In this document: piece after piece, positions 11,519-22,757 of the stretch | Layout: every line of letters begins with the position of its first letter | How positions within the stretch are numbered: position 1 is the stretch's first letter | Assembly: GCA_038087875.1 (NCBI GenBank) | Contig: CM075989.1 | Coordinates: 3,286,001-3,350,000, forward strand | DNA: 64,000 nucleotides | Direction: 5' to 3' | DNA from: Malacoraja senta | Taxonomy: Eukaryota | The notes under the pieces: model-generated | Told to the model about the DNA's origin: nothing | Database searches by the model: none | What the model saw: the letters and a program-made list of their open reading frames with translations, nothing else | Made by a program: the position numbers and the translations under genes

Positions 11519-12661
11519 CTCTGTCTCTCCCTATCACAGTCAGAGTGAGGTACTCCCCCCGCAGTCTCTCTGCGGGCTCTCCCCAGGCAGGGCGCATCTG
11601 CCTCAGGCTGCCCAGGCAGTCAGACACGACTCCGGTGGCGGGCTCCATGCACAGCTCCTGCCGGCCGGCTGGGAGCGGCGACGGAGGACGGGGGAAGTTG
11701 GCCACCAGCGGGGCAGTCTCGGCTCTCAACGCAGTCCGAGTCTCGCTGGATCCTTGTAATCCTCTGCCTCTGTCAAATGGGTGAGTTTAACCTGACCCCC
11801 CCCCCACAACCTCCCTCCACCTCAACTCATGCCTGGGCACCAAAGCAGCTCAGGAGGCGAACCCTGAGCTCCGTCTCCCAACAATCTGATGTGTGCATCC
11901 ATGCACATTCAAAGATTTAATCTCCAGTCTCCCCGCAGTGTGTAGACCTGGCAGTAAATTCAATTAAAATATAGCAAACCTCCGCCTGCTGGTCTTCTAA
12001 CTACGTGATGTGTGTTTCAAACAAATCATCAGTATAACTGCTCTGGCACTGGACGGTGCGCATTTTCCCTTTGTAGGTCACATCAATAGATGCGGCCGCG
12101 CTGAATTCTATCTTTAACTCAAAGCCGCAGGATGGAGATGTTGCTTATTAAAACAGACCTTCATTGAAGGGTGGTTCAAGAGTAACTCGGGAAAGGAACT
12201 TGTTAACTCGGGAGACCAACTTGGAACATCGCAGAAATGACAGTTAACGGCAAACTGGAGTCATACCCGTGGGAACTCGGTTAAACTCTTGATCATACAC
12301 TTGGAATCTCGTGCACAACCACGAGTCTTTCGCTCGGGATACCTCGCGGGGTCAACTCGCACCGTGAGACAGGGCTTTAACCTGGAAACCCACACGTCTT
12401 TAGGATATTGGAGGAAACCGGAGCACCCAGAGGAAACCCACATGGTCACATGGAGAACATGCAAACTCCCCATGGTCATGCGGAACCCGAGGTCGGGATT
12501 GAACCCGGGTCTCTGGCACTGTGAGCCCTCTGTGCCACCTGTGGGGTGATAGTATTTCTGTGGCCTATGACCAGAATTACGGGCGCTGTGGACAAAGGCA
12601 AACAGCTTGCTCGCCCGCAATTAATTTCATTATTTCTTCTCATTTTAACGTTTTAATTAAC

Positions 12662-12975
12662 ATTAACAAAGTTTGCAGATGACACCAAGATTACTGCGGT
12701 TGGAGAGTGTGAGGAAAGCTGTCAAAGAATACACGGGATATGGATCAGCTACAGAAATGGACGGAGAAATGGCAGATGGTGTTTAATCCAAGCTAGCACG
12801 GGCTTACTCAAGCCCCTTGAGTTAGTAAGGGCTCTCCCTTACTCAATGTAAGTGAGGCTCCTTATATTTGACCTCCTAATGGTCACCTCCCAATTTAATC
12901 ATTGGGAGGTCAAATGTAAGTGGAAAATATGCAATTAACGACATGATCCTTAACACCGTTGATTCAGAGAGTGAT
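12662..12975 (+). mobile_element. CR1 RT fragment
   Basis: INKVCR/KFADDTK region followed by W..KWQMVFN. Confidence 0.75.
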
Positions 12976-12989
12976 TAACCCAGCTTTGA

Positions 12990-13260
12990 CTGCCTCCCTA
13001 ACAGCGCCAGAGACCCAGGTTCGATCCTAACTACGGGTGCTGTCTGTACAGAGTTTGTACGTTCTCCCTGTGACCACATGGGTTTTCTCCGGATGTTCCG
13101 GTTTCCTCCCACACTCCAAAGATCTGCAGGTTTGCAGATGATGTCAGTAAAATGGTAAATTGTCCCTGGCGTGCAGGATAGTGCAACTGTACGGGGTGAT
13201 CGCTGGTCGGCGCGGACATGGTGGGCCGAAGGGCCTGTTACGCTAAAGTCTAAAGTCTAA
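12990..13260 (+). mobile_element. HE1-like SINE
   Basis: B-box, core and (ctaaagt)n tail. Confidence 0.85.
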
Positions 13261-13499
13261 AGGGACAAGTTTAGAGGAGATGTGAAGGGCAACACCTTTT
13301 ACACAGAGGATGGTGAGTGCAGATACATTCATGGCAGATACATTCGTGGCATTCCAGAGACTTTCAGACAGGAACATGGATATGCAGGGAATGGAAGGAT
13401 ATGGGTTCTATGCAGGTGGGTAAGTGATAGTTTCATGTTTGACACAGACATTGTGGGCCAACGGGCATAATATGATGTAAAATGTCATACGTGACCCAT

Positions 13500-13830
13500 A
13501 CGACCATAAGACAGAGGTCCTGAATAAGGCCATGGCTCATTGAGTCTTTTCCGCCATTTGATCATGGCTGATCTATGGTTCCCTCTCAACCCCCATTCTC
13601 CTGCCTTCTCCCCATAACCCCTGACACCCACATTAACCAAGAAACTATCAGCCTCCGCTTTAAAAATCCCCAATGTCTTGGACTCCATAGCTGTCAGTGG
13701 CAATGAATTCCACAGATTCACCATCCTCATCCCCATTCTAAAGGTACGTCCTTTTATTCCGAGGCTGCGCCCTCTAGCTCTGGACGCTCCCACTACTGGA
13801 AACATCCTCTCCACGTCCACTATATCCAGG
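13500..13830 (-). mobile_element. CR1/HER1 3' end
   Basis: ORF 13485..13820(-) DVERMFPVVGASRARG..VNLWNSLP. Confidence 0.85.
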
Positions 13831-13857
13831 TTAATCCCTCCTGAAATAGATACAAGG

Positions 13858-14200
13858 TGGCAGCACGGTGGCGCAGCAGTAGAGTTGTTGCCTTGCAGCG
13901 CTTACAGCGCCAGAGACCCAGGTTCGATCCTGACTACGGGTGCTGTATGTACGGAGCATATACGTTCTCCCCGTGACCTGCGTGGGTTTTCTCCGAGATC
14001 TTCGGTTCTCCCCCACGCTCCAAAGACGTACTGTTAGTAGATTAATTGGCTTGGTATAAACGGAAATTGGCCCTAGTGTGTGTAGGATAGTGTTAGTGTG
14101 CGGGGATCGCTGGTCGGTGCGGACTCAGTGGGCCGAAGGGCCTTCTTCCATGCTGTATCTCAAAACTGAATTAAACTAAACTAAACTAAACTAAACTAAA
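13858..14200 (+). mobile_element. Full-length HE1-like SINE with (AAACT)n tail
   Basis: A-box TGGCGCAGCAG, B-box GGTTCGATCC, core, tail. Confidence 0.9.
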
Positions 14201-14234
14201 CCAGCTAATGATGCTGATGATCAGGGGTTCCGGT

Positions 14235-14530
14235 TCCAGCATGGTGCATACGGCAGCCAGCCAACAGACCATCAGCTTTTCCTATTAATTCCTCTTCATT
14301 TCATCTTTTTTTTGGTTAGTTAGTTCGTTTCTCGCACCATGTTTTGATGGCGGAACTTTTTATCCCATTTCTTGTTGCATCCCTAATCCTGGATTTTCCA
14401 CTCGTCACTTTAATTTCATGTTTCATGGATCTTCTTGTGTTTTTATGACTGTTGGCAGACCAATTTTGACTCCTGGGACGAATATAGTTCTTTCATATCG
14501 TATCGTATCATATAGTATCGTATCGTATCG
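14235..14530 (+). mobile_element. Short non-autonomous element with Rex1/Babar-type 3' end and (TATCG)n tail
   Basis: 3' end gactgttggcagaccaattt..cctggga..aa.a.agttct matches the 3' UTR of the Rex1-like copy at 63630-64000(-). Confidence 0.65.
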
Positions 14531-14547
14531 TGTCCGGCGATGCGTCA

Positions 14548-14703
14548 GCAGCGGTGGGAGCCTCAGCAGCAGTGGAAGCCTCAGTGACGGTGGGAGCCTC
14601 GGCAGCAGTGGGAGCCTCGGCAGCAGTGGGAGCCTCGGCAGCAGTGGGAGCCTCGGCAGCAGTGGGAGCCTCAGCGTCGGTGGGAGCCTCGGCGACGGTG
14701 GGG
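14548..14703. repeat. 18-bp minisatellite (GCAGCAGTGGGAGCCTCG), about 8.5 units
   Basis: Direct tandem units visible. Confidence 0.9.
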
Positions 14704-14929
14704 TCCCGCGATCAATCCGCGATCAGCGGTCGATGAGCACGAGGTGGGGAGGGGACAACAATGGGAACCCGGTGTTGGGGTACTGCTGTGAAGAACAATG
14801 GGGACCACCATGAGGGACGGAGGGAGAGCAAAGGGGGACCCAGTGGGGGTTCGGGGGGGAGGGCACTCTAGTTTAAGAATCCTCTGCCCAGGAGATAAGT
14901 CTGTGTTTGTTTGTTTGTTCGTTCGTTCT

Positions 14930-15175
14930 GGTGAAGGCGCTGTGCACACGGCAGCCAGACAACAGTCGCTTGTCTTTTTCATTTTTTCACTTTTAATTTA
15001 ATTTTAATTTCAAGTTTTCGTGTACCTTGTTGTGTGTTGTGACTGTTTGTTGGCAGACCAATCCCTCCGGGGATGAATAAAGTTCTGTTGTATCGTATCA
15101 TGCCATATCATATCGTATCGCACCGTGTCGTATAGTATCGCGCCGTATCGTATCGCATCGCATTATATCGTATGC
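14930..15175 (+). mobile_element. Second short Rex1-tailed non-autonomous element
   Basis: Shares head acggcagccag.caacag and tail gttggcagaccaat...aataaagttct(gtatc)n with 14235-14530. Confidence 0.65.
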
Positions 15176-16557
15176 ACGGGATATTTTAGCGTAATGTGCT
15201 GTGGTGCCCAGAATCACGTCCCACACTGACATGCTATTCATGTGATTCATTGCGATGTCCACATTGTTCCATGTACATCATGTTATGCCAGACGGGGTAA
15301 CTCTGCAGCAAAGGACATCAGATATAAACCCATGATTAATGTTTCCCTATGCAGAACAAGTCAGTGTAGAAATTTCTCATTCAAACCACCGTGCCTTTTG
15401 CTTATGGCTGTCCCACTCTTCTTTCATAGCTGAATAAATAATTTCTTCTTAATCAATTAATTGCTTGCGACACTTCAGTAGCTTTTTTTTGCCATTTTTC
15501 TCTGCAACCCGGCAAGATTTATGTATTCAAGTTTTGTATTTTGTCCTTAATTGCTCTGCTGTAGTTTGCCTATGCCTGTCATGTATATACATTAGCAGGT
15601 TCTTTAGGTACTGTTTGACCTCTCCACGACTCTGGAGATATCTTCAGCCAAGAATTCTCCTAAGACGTTCCTCAGCTGTCATGTGTTGCAGGCAGTAAGT
15701 GTGCCACGTGAAATTCATCAATCAGTAGGATTATCGATAGGCACTCTTGTTTGTACTCATGGCGAACTGAATTGAACCTTTCCACAGATTGTTATTGGCG
15801 AGTGTACTCAAATACAGTGAATAACGTTGTTTTATGTATTTTCCAGGCAAATCACATCATGCATTAGGACATCCAGTGGTACAAAAGAGAAAATGAACAG
15901 AGTGCAGCCCCACGGAGAAAGTGCAGTTTAGAAAAGTGCAACAGCAAGATTGCAACAAAGTAGATTGGAAGATCATGAATTCATCCCCACCGTATGAAAG
16001 GACCGTACAATAGACTGATGACAGAGGGGAAGAAGCTGTTCTTCAATTTGGTGGTTTGTGCTTTCAAGATTTTATATATTTTGCCCGACAGGAGAGAGGA
16101 GAAGAGGGAATGACCTGAAAGAAGGAGGTGCCTGATTATCTTGGCTGCTTTCCTGAGGCAGAATAAAGAACAGTAAGAGTGCCAAAAGTTACGGGGAGAA
16201 GACAGGAGAATGAGTTGAGAAATGAGGGAATAATAGACCAGCCATGATCGAATGGGGAGCAGATTTGATGGGCCGAATGGCCTAATTCTGCTTCTATGTC
16301 TAATGATCTTATAATAGATGGAGTTCATGAGGTGTGATGTGAAGTGGGTGGGGGGGTATTTACGTAATCAACTGGGCTGTGATCATAACTCTCGGCCATT
16401 TTTTGCCGAAGAGTTGTTGCCATGACTCAAATTATTATTTAAATAATATTTGCATTCCCAAAGTGTTGATGGGCGTCCATCAGACGAAATTCAGCATAAA
16501 ACATGCTTGTATGACTGGGAATCTCTGCAGATTCCGATTAATGTGCCGTATTTGCCT

Positions 16558-16900
16558 GGGGCGCAACGGTGGCGCAGTGGGAGAGTTGCTGCCTTACAGT
16601 GCTTATAGCACAAGAGACCCAGGTTCAATCCTGACTATGGGTGCTGCCTGTACAGAGTCTGTACGTTCTCCCCGTGACCTGCGTGGGTTTTCTCCGAGAT
16701 CTTCGGTTTCCTCCCACACTCCAAAGATGTACAGGTTTGTAGGTTCATTGGCTTGCTAAATGTAAATTGTTCCTAGTGTGTGTAGGATAGTGTTAATGTG
16801 CGGGGATCGCTGGTCGGCGTGGAGCCCGGTGGGTCGAAAGGCCTGTTTCCCCGCCATATCTCCAAACCTCCGAAGGGCCAGTTTCTGTGTAAACTAAACT
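16558..16900 (+). mobile_element. HE1-like SINE
   Basis: tRNA-like head, core, tail. Confidence 0.85.
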
Positions 16901-17674
16901 TAGATGCATGAGACAGCAAGGCAACAGGACAGCTTTGGTAAATTGGCAATAAGATTACATTTCTGCTTACATTGCAGAAATAAGAGATTAGACTCCACAG
17001 ATTTACATGTACTATACTAACATTGTCTCTGCTAATTATCCAACCCAGCATTAACATTGGTATGTAATTAGATTCCTTTAATTTTCTTTGGCTTGAAGAG
17101 CATTGGTGGAAAATCCCCAGGACCTGATGGGATTTATCCCAGGTTATTAGTTTAGTTTAGAGATACAGCGCAGAAACAGACACTTCGGTGATCACCCCAC
17201 ACACCAGAACTATCCCACACACACGAGGGACAATTTACAATCTTTACTGAAGTCAATTAACCTACAAACCTGTACGTCTTTGGAGTGTGGGAGGAAACCA
17301 GAGCACCTGGAGAAAACCCTTGCAGGTCACGTTCAAACTCTGTACCATAGTCAGGATCGAACCCGGGTCTGGCGCTGTGAGGCAGCAACTCTACTGCTGA
17401 GCCACATGAGTGAGGCTAGAGAGGAGATTGCAGGAGCCTTGATGAAGATCTTTGCATCTTCTCTAGTCACAGGCAAGGTCCCAGAGGACTGGAGAGTAGC
17501 TAATGTTCTTCATTTATTTAAAAAGGGAAGTGGAGAGAATGCAGGGAATCCAGGTCAGTGAGCATATCACTGGTCAGGAATTTATTGGAGAGAATTGTTC
17601 GAAATAGGATTTATTCTCATTAGACGGGAATGGATTAACTAGGGACAAGGTGTTCAAGATGTGGAATTTTGGGC

Positions 17675-18230
17675 AAGACCAAACATAGACTGGTCGATGG
17701 TTTCACTGAACACCTTCGCTCAGTCCGCGTGGACCTACATGATCTCCCGGTTGCCAAACACTTTAACTCCCCCCTCCCATTCCCACACTGACCTTTTTGT
17801 CCGAGGTCTCCCCCATTATCAGAGTGAGGCTAAGTGCAAATTGGAGGAACAGCATCTCATATTTTGTTTGGGCAGCTTACAACCCACTGTGATTATTGAT
17901 TTCTCTAATTTTAAGTAACCCTTGCACGCCCTCTCTCTCTGTCCCTCCCCCGCCCAAGTCAAACCAGCTTCAAAGTCGTCTTGTTGAGTCTCATTGCTTG
18001 CACTCATTCTCACCAACTAACAAAGGCCTGTTTCATTTAGCATTGTTACTTTTTTGCACATCTTTAATTCATTTGTTCTGTATCTCTCCACATCCCCGCC
18101 TATATCTCTCGTTACCCTTTCCCCTGGCTCTGTCTGAAGAAAGGTCTTGACCCAAAACGTCACCTATTCCTTTTCTCCAAAGATGCTGCCTGCCCCGCTG
18201 AGTTACTCCAGCCTTTGGTGTCTGTCTATC
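17675..18230 (+). mobile_element. Penelope-like GIY-YIG 3' remnant
   Basis: SHSHTDLFVRGLPHYQSEAKCKLEEQHLIFCLGSLQP..IDFSNFK followed by the terminal repeat. Confidence 0.75.
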
Positions 18231-18781
18231 TTTGGCTTTCTACATGGCAGGTCACATCGTACTAACTTGATCGGGTTTGTTGAGGAGGTGATGAAGGTGA
18301 TCGATGAGGGTATGGCAGTGGATACTGTCTGCGTGGACTTTAGTGTGGTTTTTGATAACTTCAGAGATGCATAGACTCCTGGAGTCATACATTGTGGAAA
18401 CAGGCCCTTTGGCCCAACTTGCCCACACCAACCAACATGTACCATCTACACTAGTCCCACCTGCCTTTGTTTGGCCCATATCTCTCTAAACCTGTCCTAT
18501 CCATGTACCTGTCTGTTTAAGGCAGAAGTTCTACCAGCTGCGCTAGTGTGCCACCCTGCATGAGCATTGATTTCACTAATTTCAAGTGGCCCCTGCATTC
18601 CATCACCTCCCCACTCTCCCCCTCTCACTCACTACCCACCCTAATCATCCTACCAGTTCCACTGTTCACATCCTTGTACCTCTCTTGTTGTCCCACCTTC
18701 CCCAGCCAACAATGGGCCATTGTGGGCTCCAACCTTCTTGAGGTCACCTATTGTTATCCCTTTTCTCGCCACTAGACCGCA

Positions 18782-19083
18782 GGGCGGAGCCGGTGGCACA
18801 GCGGTAGAGTTGCTGCCTTGCAGCGAAAGCAGCACCGGAGACCCGGGTTCGATCCCGACTACGGGTGCTGTCTGTACGGGGTGGGTTTTCTCCGAGATCT
18901 TCGGTATCCTCCCACACTCCAAAGACGTACAGGTTTGTAGGTTAATTGTCTTGGTAAATGTAAAAATTGTCCCTAGTGTGTGTAGGATAGTGTTAATGTG
19001 TGGGGATCGCTGGTCGGCGCGGACCCAGTGGGCCGAATGGCCTGTTTCCGCGCTGTATCTCTAAACTTAACTGAACTAAACTA
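18782..19083 (+). mobile_element. HE1-like SINE
   Basis: tRNA-like head, core, tail. Confidence 0.85.
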
Positions 19084-19429
19084 GTTCATTTTGCCCTCCC
19101 CCCCACCTCTCAGTCTGAAAATGGATTCCAACCCAAAACATCACCTATTCTTTTTCTCCAGAGATGCTGCCTGACCCGTTGAGTTATTCCAGCATTTTGT
19201 GTCTATCTTCGGTATAAACCGGCATCTGCAGTTCCTTCCTACACACTGAATGAAACAAAGACAGTTTAGATATCATATTTTGCCATTCCTCGGCAGACCT
19301 GCGGCATCTTGCTGTTCGAGTGTGTGAATGTACCTGCATTAGTCGCAATGTGATTCTCCATCCAAACTGGTGATGTGAAGCAATGTTGATGTTCATGATG
19401 TCCCTTGTGTTGAGACCAACCATCAGTGC

Positions 19430-20235
19430 AAAGGACAAAGGACAAAGGACATTTATTGTGACATACACCAATTGGTGCAGTGAAATTTGAGTTGCCATTT
19501 GCAGCACACCAATAAAAATAAAACATAACATTAAAGAATTTGACATTGAACATAAAAACATCCCCCCACGATGGTTCCCACTGTGAGGGAAGGCAGCAAA
19601 GTCCAGTCCTCTTCCTCTTGTTCACCCATGGTCGGGGCCTATTTGTGGCCTCCGCAGTCGCCACGACAGCGGCCCGATGTTTCAGGCCCTCTCGCCGGAT
19701 GATGGAGCTCCGCCGTCGGGAGAACACTCTTCAGCGGCTTGGAGTGTCTGGAACGGCCGCTTCCTCCCCGGAGACCGCGGCTCCCGAAGTCCACAGGCCG
19801 CGCTGGTCGGAGCTCCGACACTGGCGATCTCGGCGAAAGATCCCAGGCTCCGCGGTGTTTAAACTCAGCGCCGCCCGCAGCTGGACGCTCCGCAGACCCC
19901 ACAGCTCCGCGACGTTGGAGTCGGCGGTCTCAGCACTCCGGCGGCCCTCGGTAAGGCATCGCCCGCTCCGCGATGGCGCTCCAGCGCTGCGTCGCCGCCG
20001 AAGCTGAAGATTCTGGTCGGTCCCGGCAGGAAACGCCGCTCCAGTCCAGGTGGTAGGCCGCGAGGAGAGGGCGAAGATGCGGCTCGGAGGAAAGACGCAT
20101 CTCCGACCAGGTAGGGACTGAGAAAAAACAGTTTCCTCCTCCCCCCCACCCCCCCCCCCACCCCCCACATAAAAAGACTAGACCTCCAAAACAAAACTTT
20201 TTAACATACTAAAAAATTAAAAAAAGGTGAAAGGA
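19430..20235 (-). mobile_element. GC/CpG-rich non-autonomous retroposon with AATAAA and (TTTGTCC)n tail
   Basis: Minus strand: T-rich head, GC-rich body, caataaa followed by a short tandem tail; same architecture as 57245-58070. Confidence 0.55.
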
Positions 20236-20272
20236 CAATTTGGTGATTAAGTACAAAATAAGCTTGTCTTTT

Positions 20273-20455
20273 AGATAGACACAAAATACTGGAGTAACTC
20301 AGCGGGACAGGCAGCATCTCTGGAGAGAAGGAATGGGTGACGTTTTGGGTCAAGACCCATTCCTTCTCTCCAGAGATGCTGCCTGACCCGCTGAGGTACT
20401 CCAGCATTTTGTGTCTATCTTCGATTTAAACCACCTCCTGCAGTTCCTTCCTTCA
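20273..20455. repeat. Penelope-derived foldback repeat
   Basis: ~65-bp arms agatagacacaaaatactggagtaactcagcggg...gaatgggt / acccattccttctctccagagatgctgcc...tgtgtctatct. Confidence 0.85.
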
Positions 20456-20789
20456 CATTAACCTTGTCTCTTCCTTGTCTGCCATGCTGGGTGTGTGATG
20501 GCGGAGTGAGACCACTTGCAAACTCGAGGGATGAGAGGGACGTCCATGGAATGCTGCATTACCAAATCAATAACTATACTGAAGTGAAATGTACACCACT
20601 GCCGCACTCTTTTTATACTAGAAGTGACCCCATTATGATTAACACTACATGCAAAGATAGGAGTGAAAGCTTTTAATGACAATCAAAAGTGCTGGAGTAA
20701 CTCAGGGGTCAGCAAGCATCTGTGGAGAACATGCGTAGGCTTGTAAACCAGCGTCTGCACAGTTCTTGTTTCTACTTTAGTGATGATAG

Positions 20790-21390
20790 AGACATAGAGT
20801 CATACACCATGGCAACAAGCCCTGAGACCAACTTGCCCACACCGACCATCATGTGCCATCTACACTCGTCCCACCTGCCTGCATTTGGCCCATATCCTTC
20901 TGAACATGTCCTATCCATGGACCTGTCTAATTGTTACATAAACATTGCAATAGTCCCAGCCTCAACTACCTCCTCTGGCAGCTCATTCCATACACCCACA
21001 ACCCTTTGTGTGAAAAGGTTACCCCTCAGATTCCTATTAAATCTTTTCCCCTTCACCTTAAACCTATATCCTCTGGTTCACGATTCCCCAACTCTGGGCA
21101 GGAGACTCTGTGCGTCTACGCGATCTATTCCTCTCATGATTTTATACACCTCTATAAGGTCACCCTTCATCCTCCTGCGCTTCAAGGAATTCACAGCCTG
21201 CTCGACATCTCCCTATAGCTCAGACCCTCGGGTCCTGGCAACATCCTCATATATCACCTCTGCACCCTTTCCAACTTGACAATATCTTTCCCCATAACAC
21301 AGTGCGCAGAACTGAACACAATCCTCTAAATTCAGCGTCACCTACGTCTTACACAACTACCACATGACCTCCCAACTTCTATATTCAGAT
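20790..21390 (-). mobile_element. CR1/HER1 3' fragment
   Basis: Reverse complement of the ...NLRGNLFTQRVVGVWNELPEEVVEAG terminus. Confidence 0.8.
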
Positions 21391-21489
21391 GTCAGGTAGA
21401 TTCATAGAGTCACAGAGTCATACACTGAGGTAACAGGCCCTTCGGCCCAACTTTCCCAACTACGATGCCCCACCTATGCTTAGTTTGGT

Positions 21490-21880
21490 TTAGTTTAGTT
21501 TAGTTTATTGTCACGTGTACCGATGTACAGTGAAAAGCTTTTGTTGCGTGCTAACCAGTCAGCAGAAAGGCAATACATGATTACAATCGACCCATTTACA
21601 GTGGATAGATACATGACAAGGGAATAACGTTTAGTGCAAGGTAAAGCCAGAAAAGTCTGATCAAGGATAGTCCGAGGGTCACCAATGAGGTAGATAGAAG
21701 TTCAGCACTGCTCTCTGGTTGTGGTGGGATGATTCAGCTGCCTGATAACTGTCCCTGAATCTGGAGGTGTGCGTTTTCACACTTCTATACCTTTTGCCTG
21801 ATGGGAGAGGGGAGAAGAGGGAGTGGCCAGGGTGCGTCCTTGATTATGCGGCTGGACTTGCCAAGGCAGCGTGAGGCTAG
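21490..21880 (-). mobile_element. Rex1/Babar-like 3' fragment
   Basis: Reverse complement encodes HPGHSLFSPLPSGKRYRSVKTHTSRFRDS; AAACT tail. Confidence 0.7.
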
Positions 21881-22757
21881 CCCCAGCTGCCCACGTTTGG
21901 CCTTAATCCCTCTAAATCTTTCCTATCCCACTGACGGAGAAGGACTGCAGAGGCCTACTGAACGTGTCAAAGGCTGACCCTGTGAATGGTAGCAACAGCC
22001 TTCACAATGCCGACAACATTTACACACAGCTGTTTTTATTATTCTGAACAGTACTCTATTATTTTTCAAAGAGCAAATGTCTGGTTGGTGTAACAACACG
22101 CTTTCTGAAAATTGGTTTGTTCATTTTTGAGAGCATTACCTGATATGTGCTGAACTATAATCTTACACATGAGTGTGACAGGAACAGTTACAAGTCTCAA
22201 ACCATGCCTGTTATTGTAATCTATAGCTACTCCAGTCTGAGGTATACCCACGGTAATCTATCAGTCCTCTCGTTTCTTCCCTTGCTCCAGCTGATGTGAT
22301 GAGGATAGAAGTTACTAGCTCAGGATATGCTTAGTTTAGGGATACAGCGTGGAAACAAGCCCTTTGGCCCATCGGGTCCATGCCAATCAGCAATCACCCA
22401 TACACTAGTTCCATGTCCTACACACCAGGGACAATTTACAGAAGCCAATTAACCTACAAACCTAAACATCGTTGGAATGTGGGAGGAGACCAGAACACCT
22501 GAAGAAAACCCACGTGGTCACAAGGAGAACGTACAAACTCGCAGGTCGTTGCGGATTCGGTCGGTCGAAGGGTCTGTGTCCCGCTGCATCTCAAAACTAA
22601 ACTGAACTGAACTAAGTGGAGGCACAAGAAACTCCAGATACCGGTTTACATGAAAAGGCACAGTGCTGGAGTAACTCAGCGAATCAGGCAGCATCTCTGG
22701 AGAATATCCATGCTTTCCAAAGGTGCTGCCTGACCTGTTGAGTTACTCCAACACTTT

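Larger units (their letters stand above)
8413..12377 (-). mobile_element. Non-autonomous PIF/Harbinger element (outer) carrying cargo DNA
   Basis: TAA TSD at 8410-8412 and 12378-12380; TIRs aacccctgtctcacggtgcgag / ctcgcaccgtgagacagggctt; its end segments 8413-8575 plus 10421-10570, and 12195-12377, are reverse complements of the inner copy's two ends. Confidence 0.85.
8265..12545 (-). mobile_element. HE1-like SINE split in two (8265-8412 and 12381-12545) by the Harbinger insertion
   Basis: Flanks rejoin as gcaatttacagaggacaat-TAA-cctggaaacccacacgtcttt, matching the intact SINE at ~38984-39030. Confidence 0.85.

Noticed and set aside
13858..13940. tRNA-like sequence with A and B boxes
   Set aside because: SINE head continuing into the HE1 core, many copies; not a tRNA gene
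14548..14703. Regular 18-bp array resembling a CRISPR or a GSSGSL repeat protein
   Set aside because: No unique spacers, eukaryotic context; an ordinary minisatellite
15609..15695. Possible 87-nt exon AG|VLFDLSTTLEISSAKNSPKTFLSCHVLQA|GTAAGT
   Set aside because: Weak acceptor, unrecognised peptide, and no consistent neighbouring exons (candidates near 22227 and 24699 contain stops)
19540..20194. CpG-island-like region with overlapping ORFs (also 54834-55412 and 57301-57936)
   Set aside because: Lies within young GC-rich repeats; the ORFs are composition artefacts, not a promoter or gene
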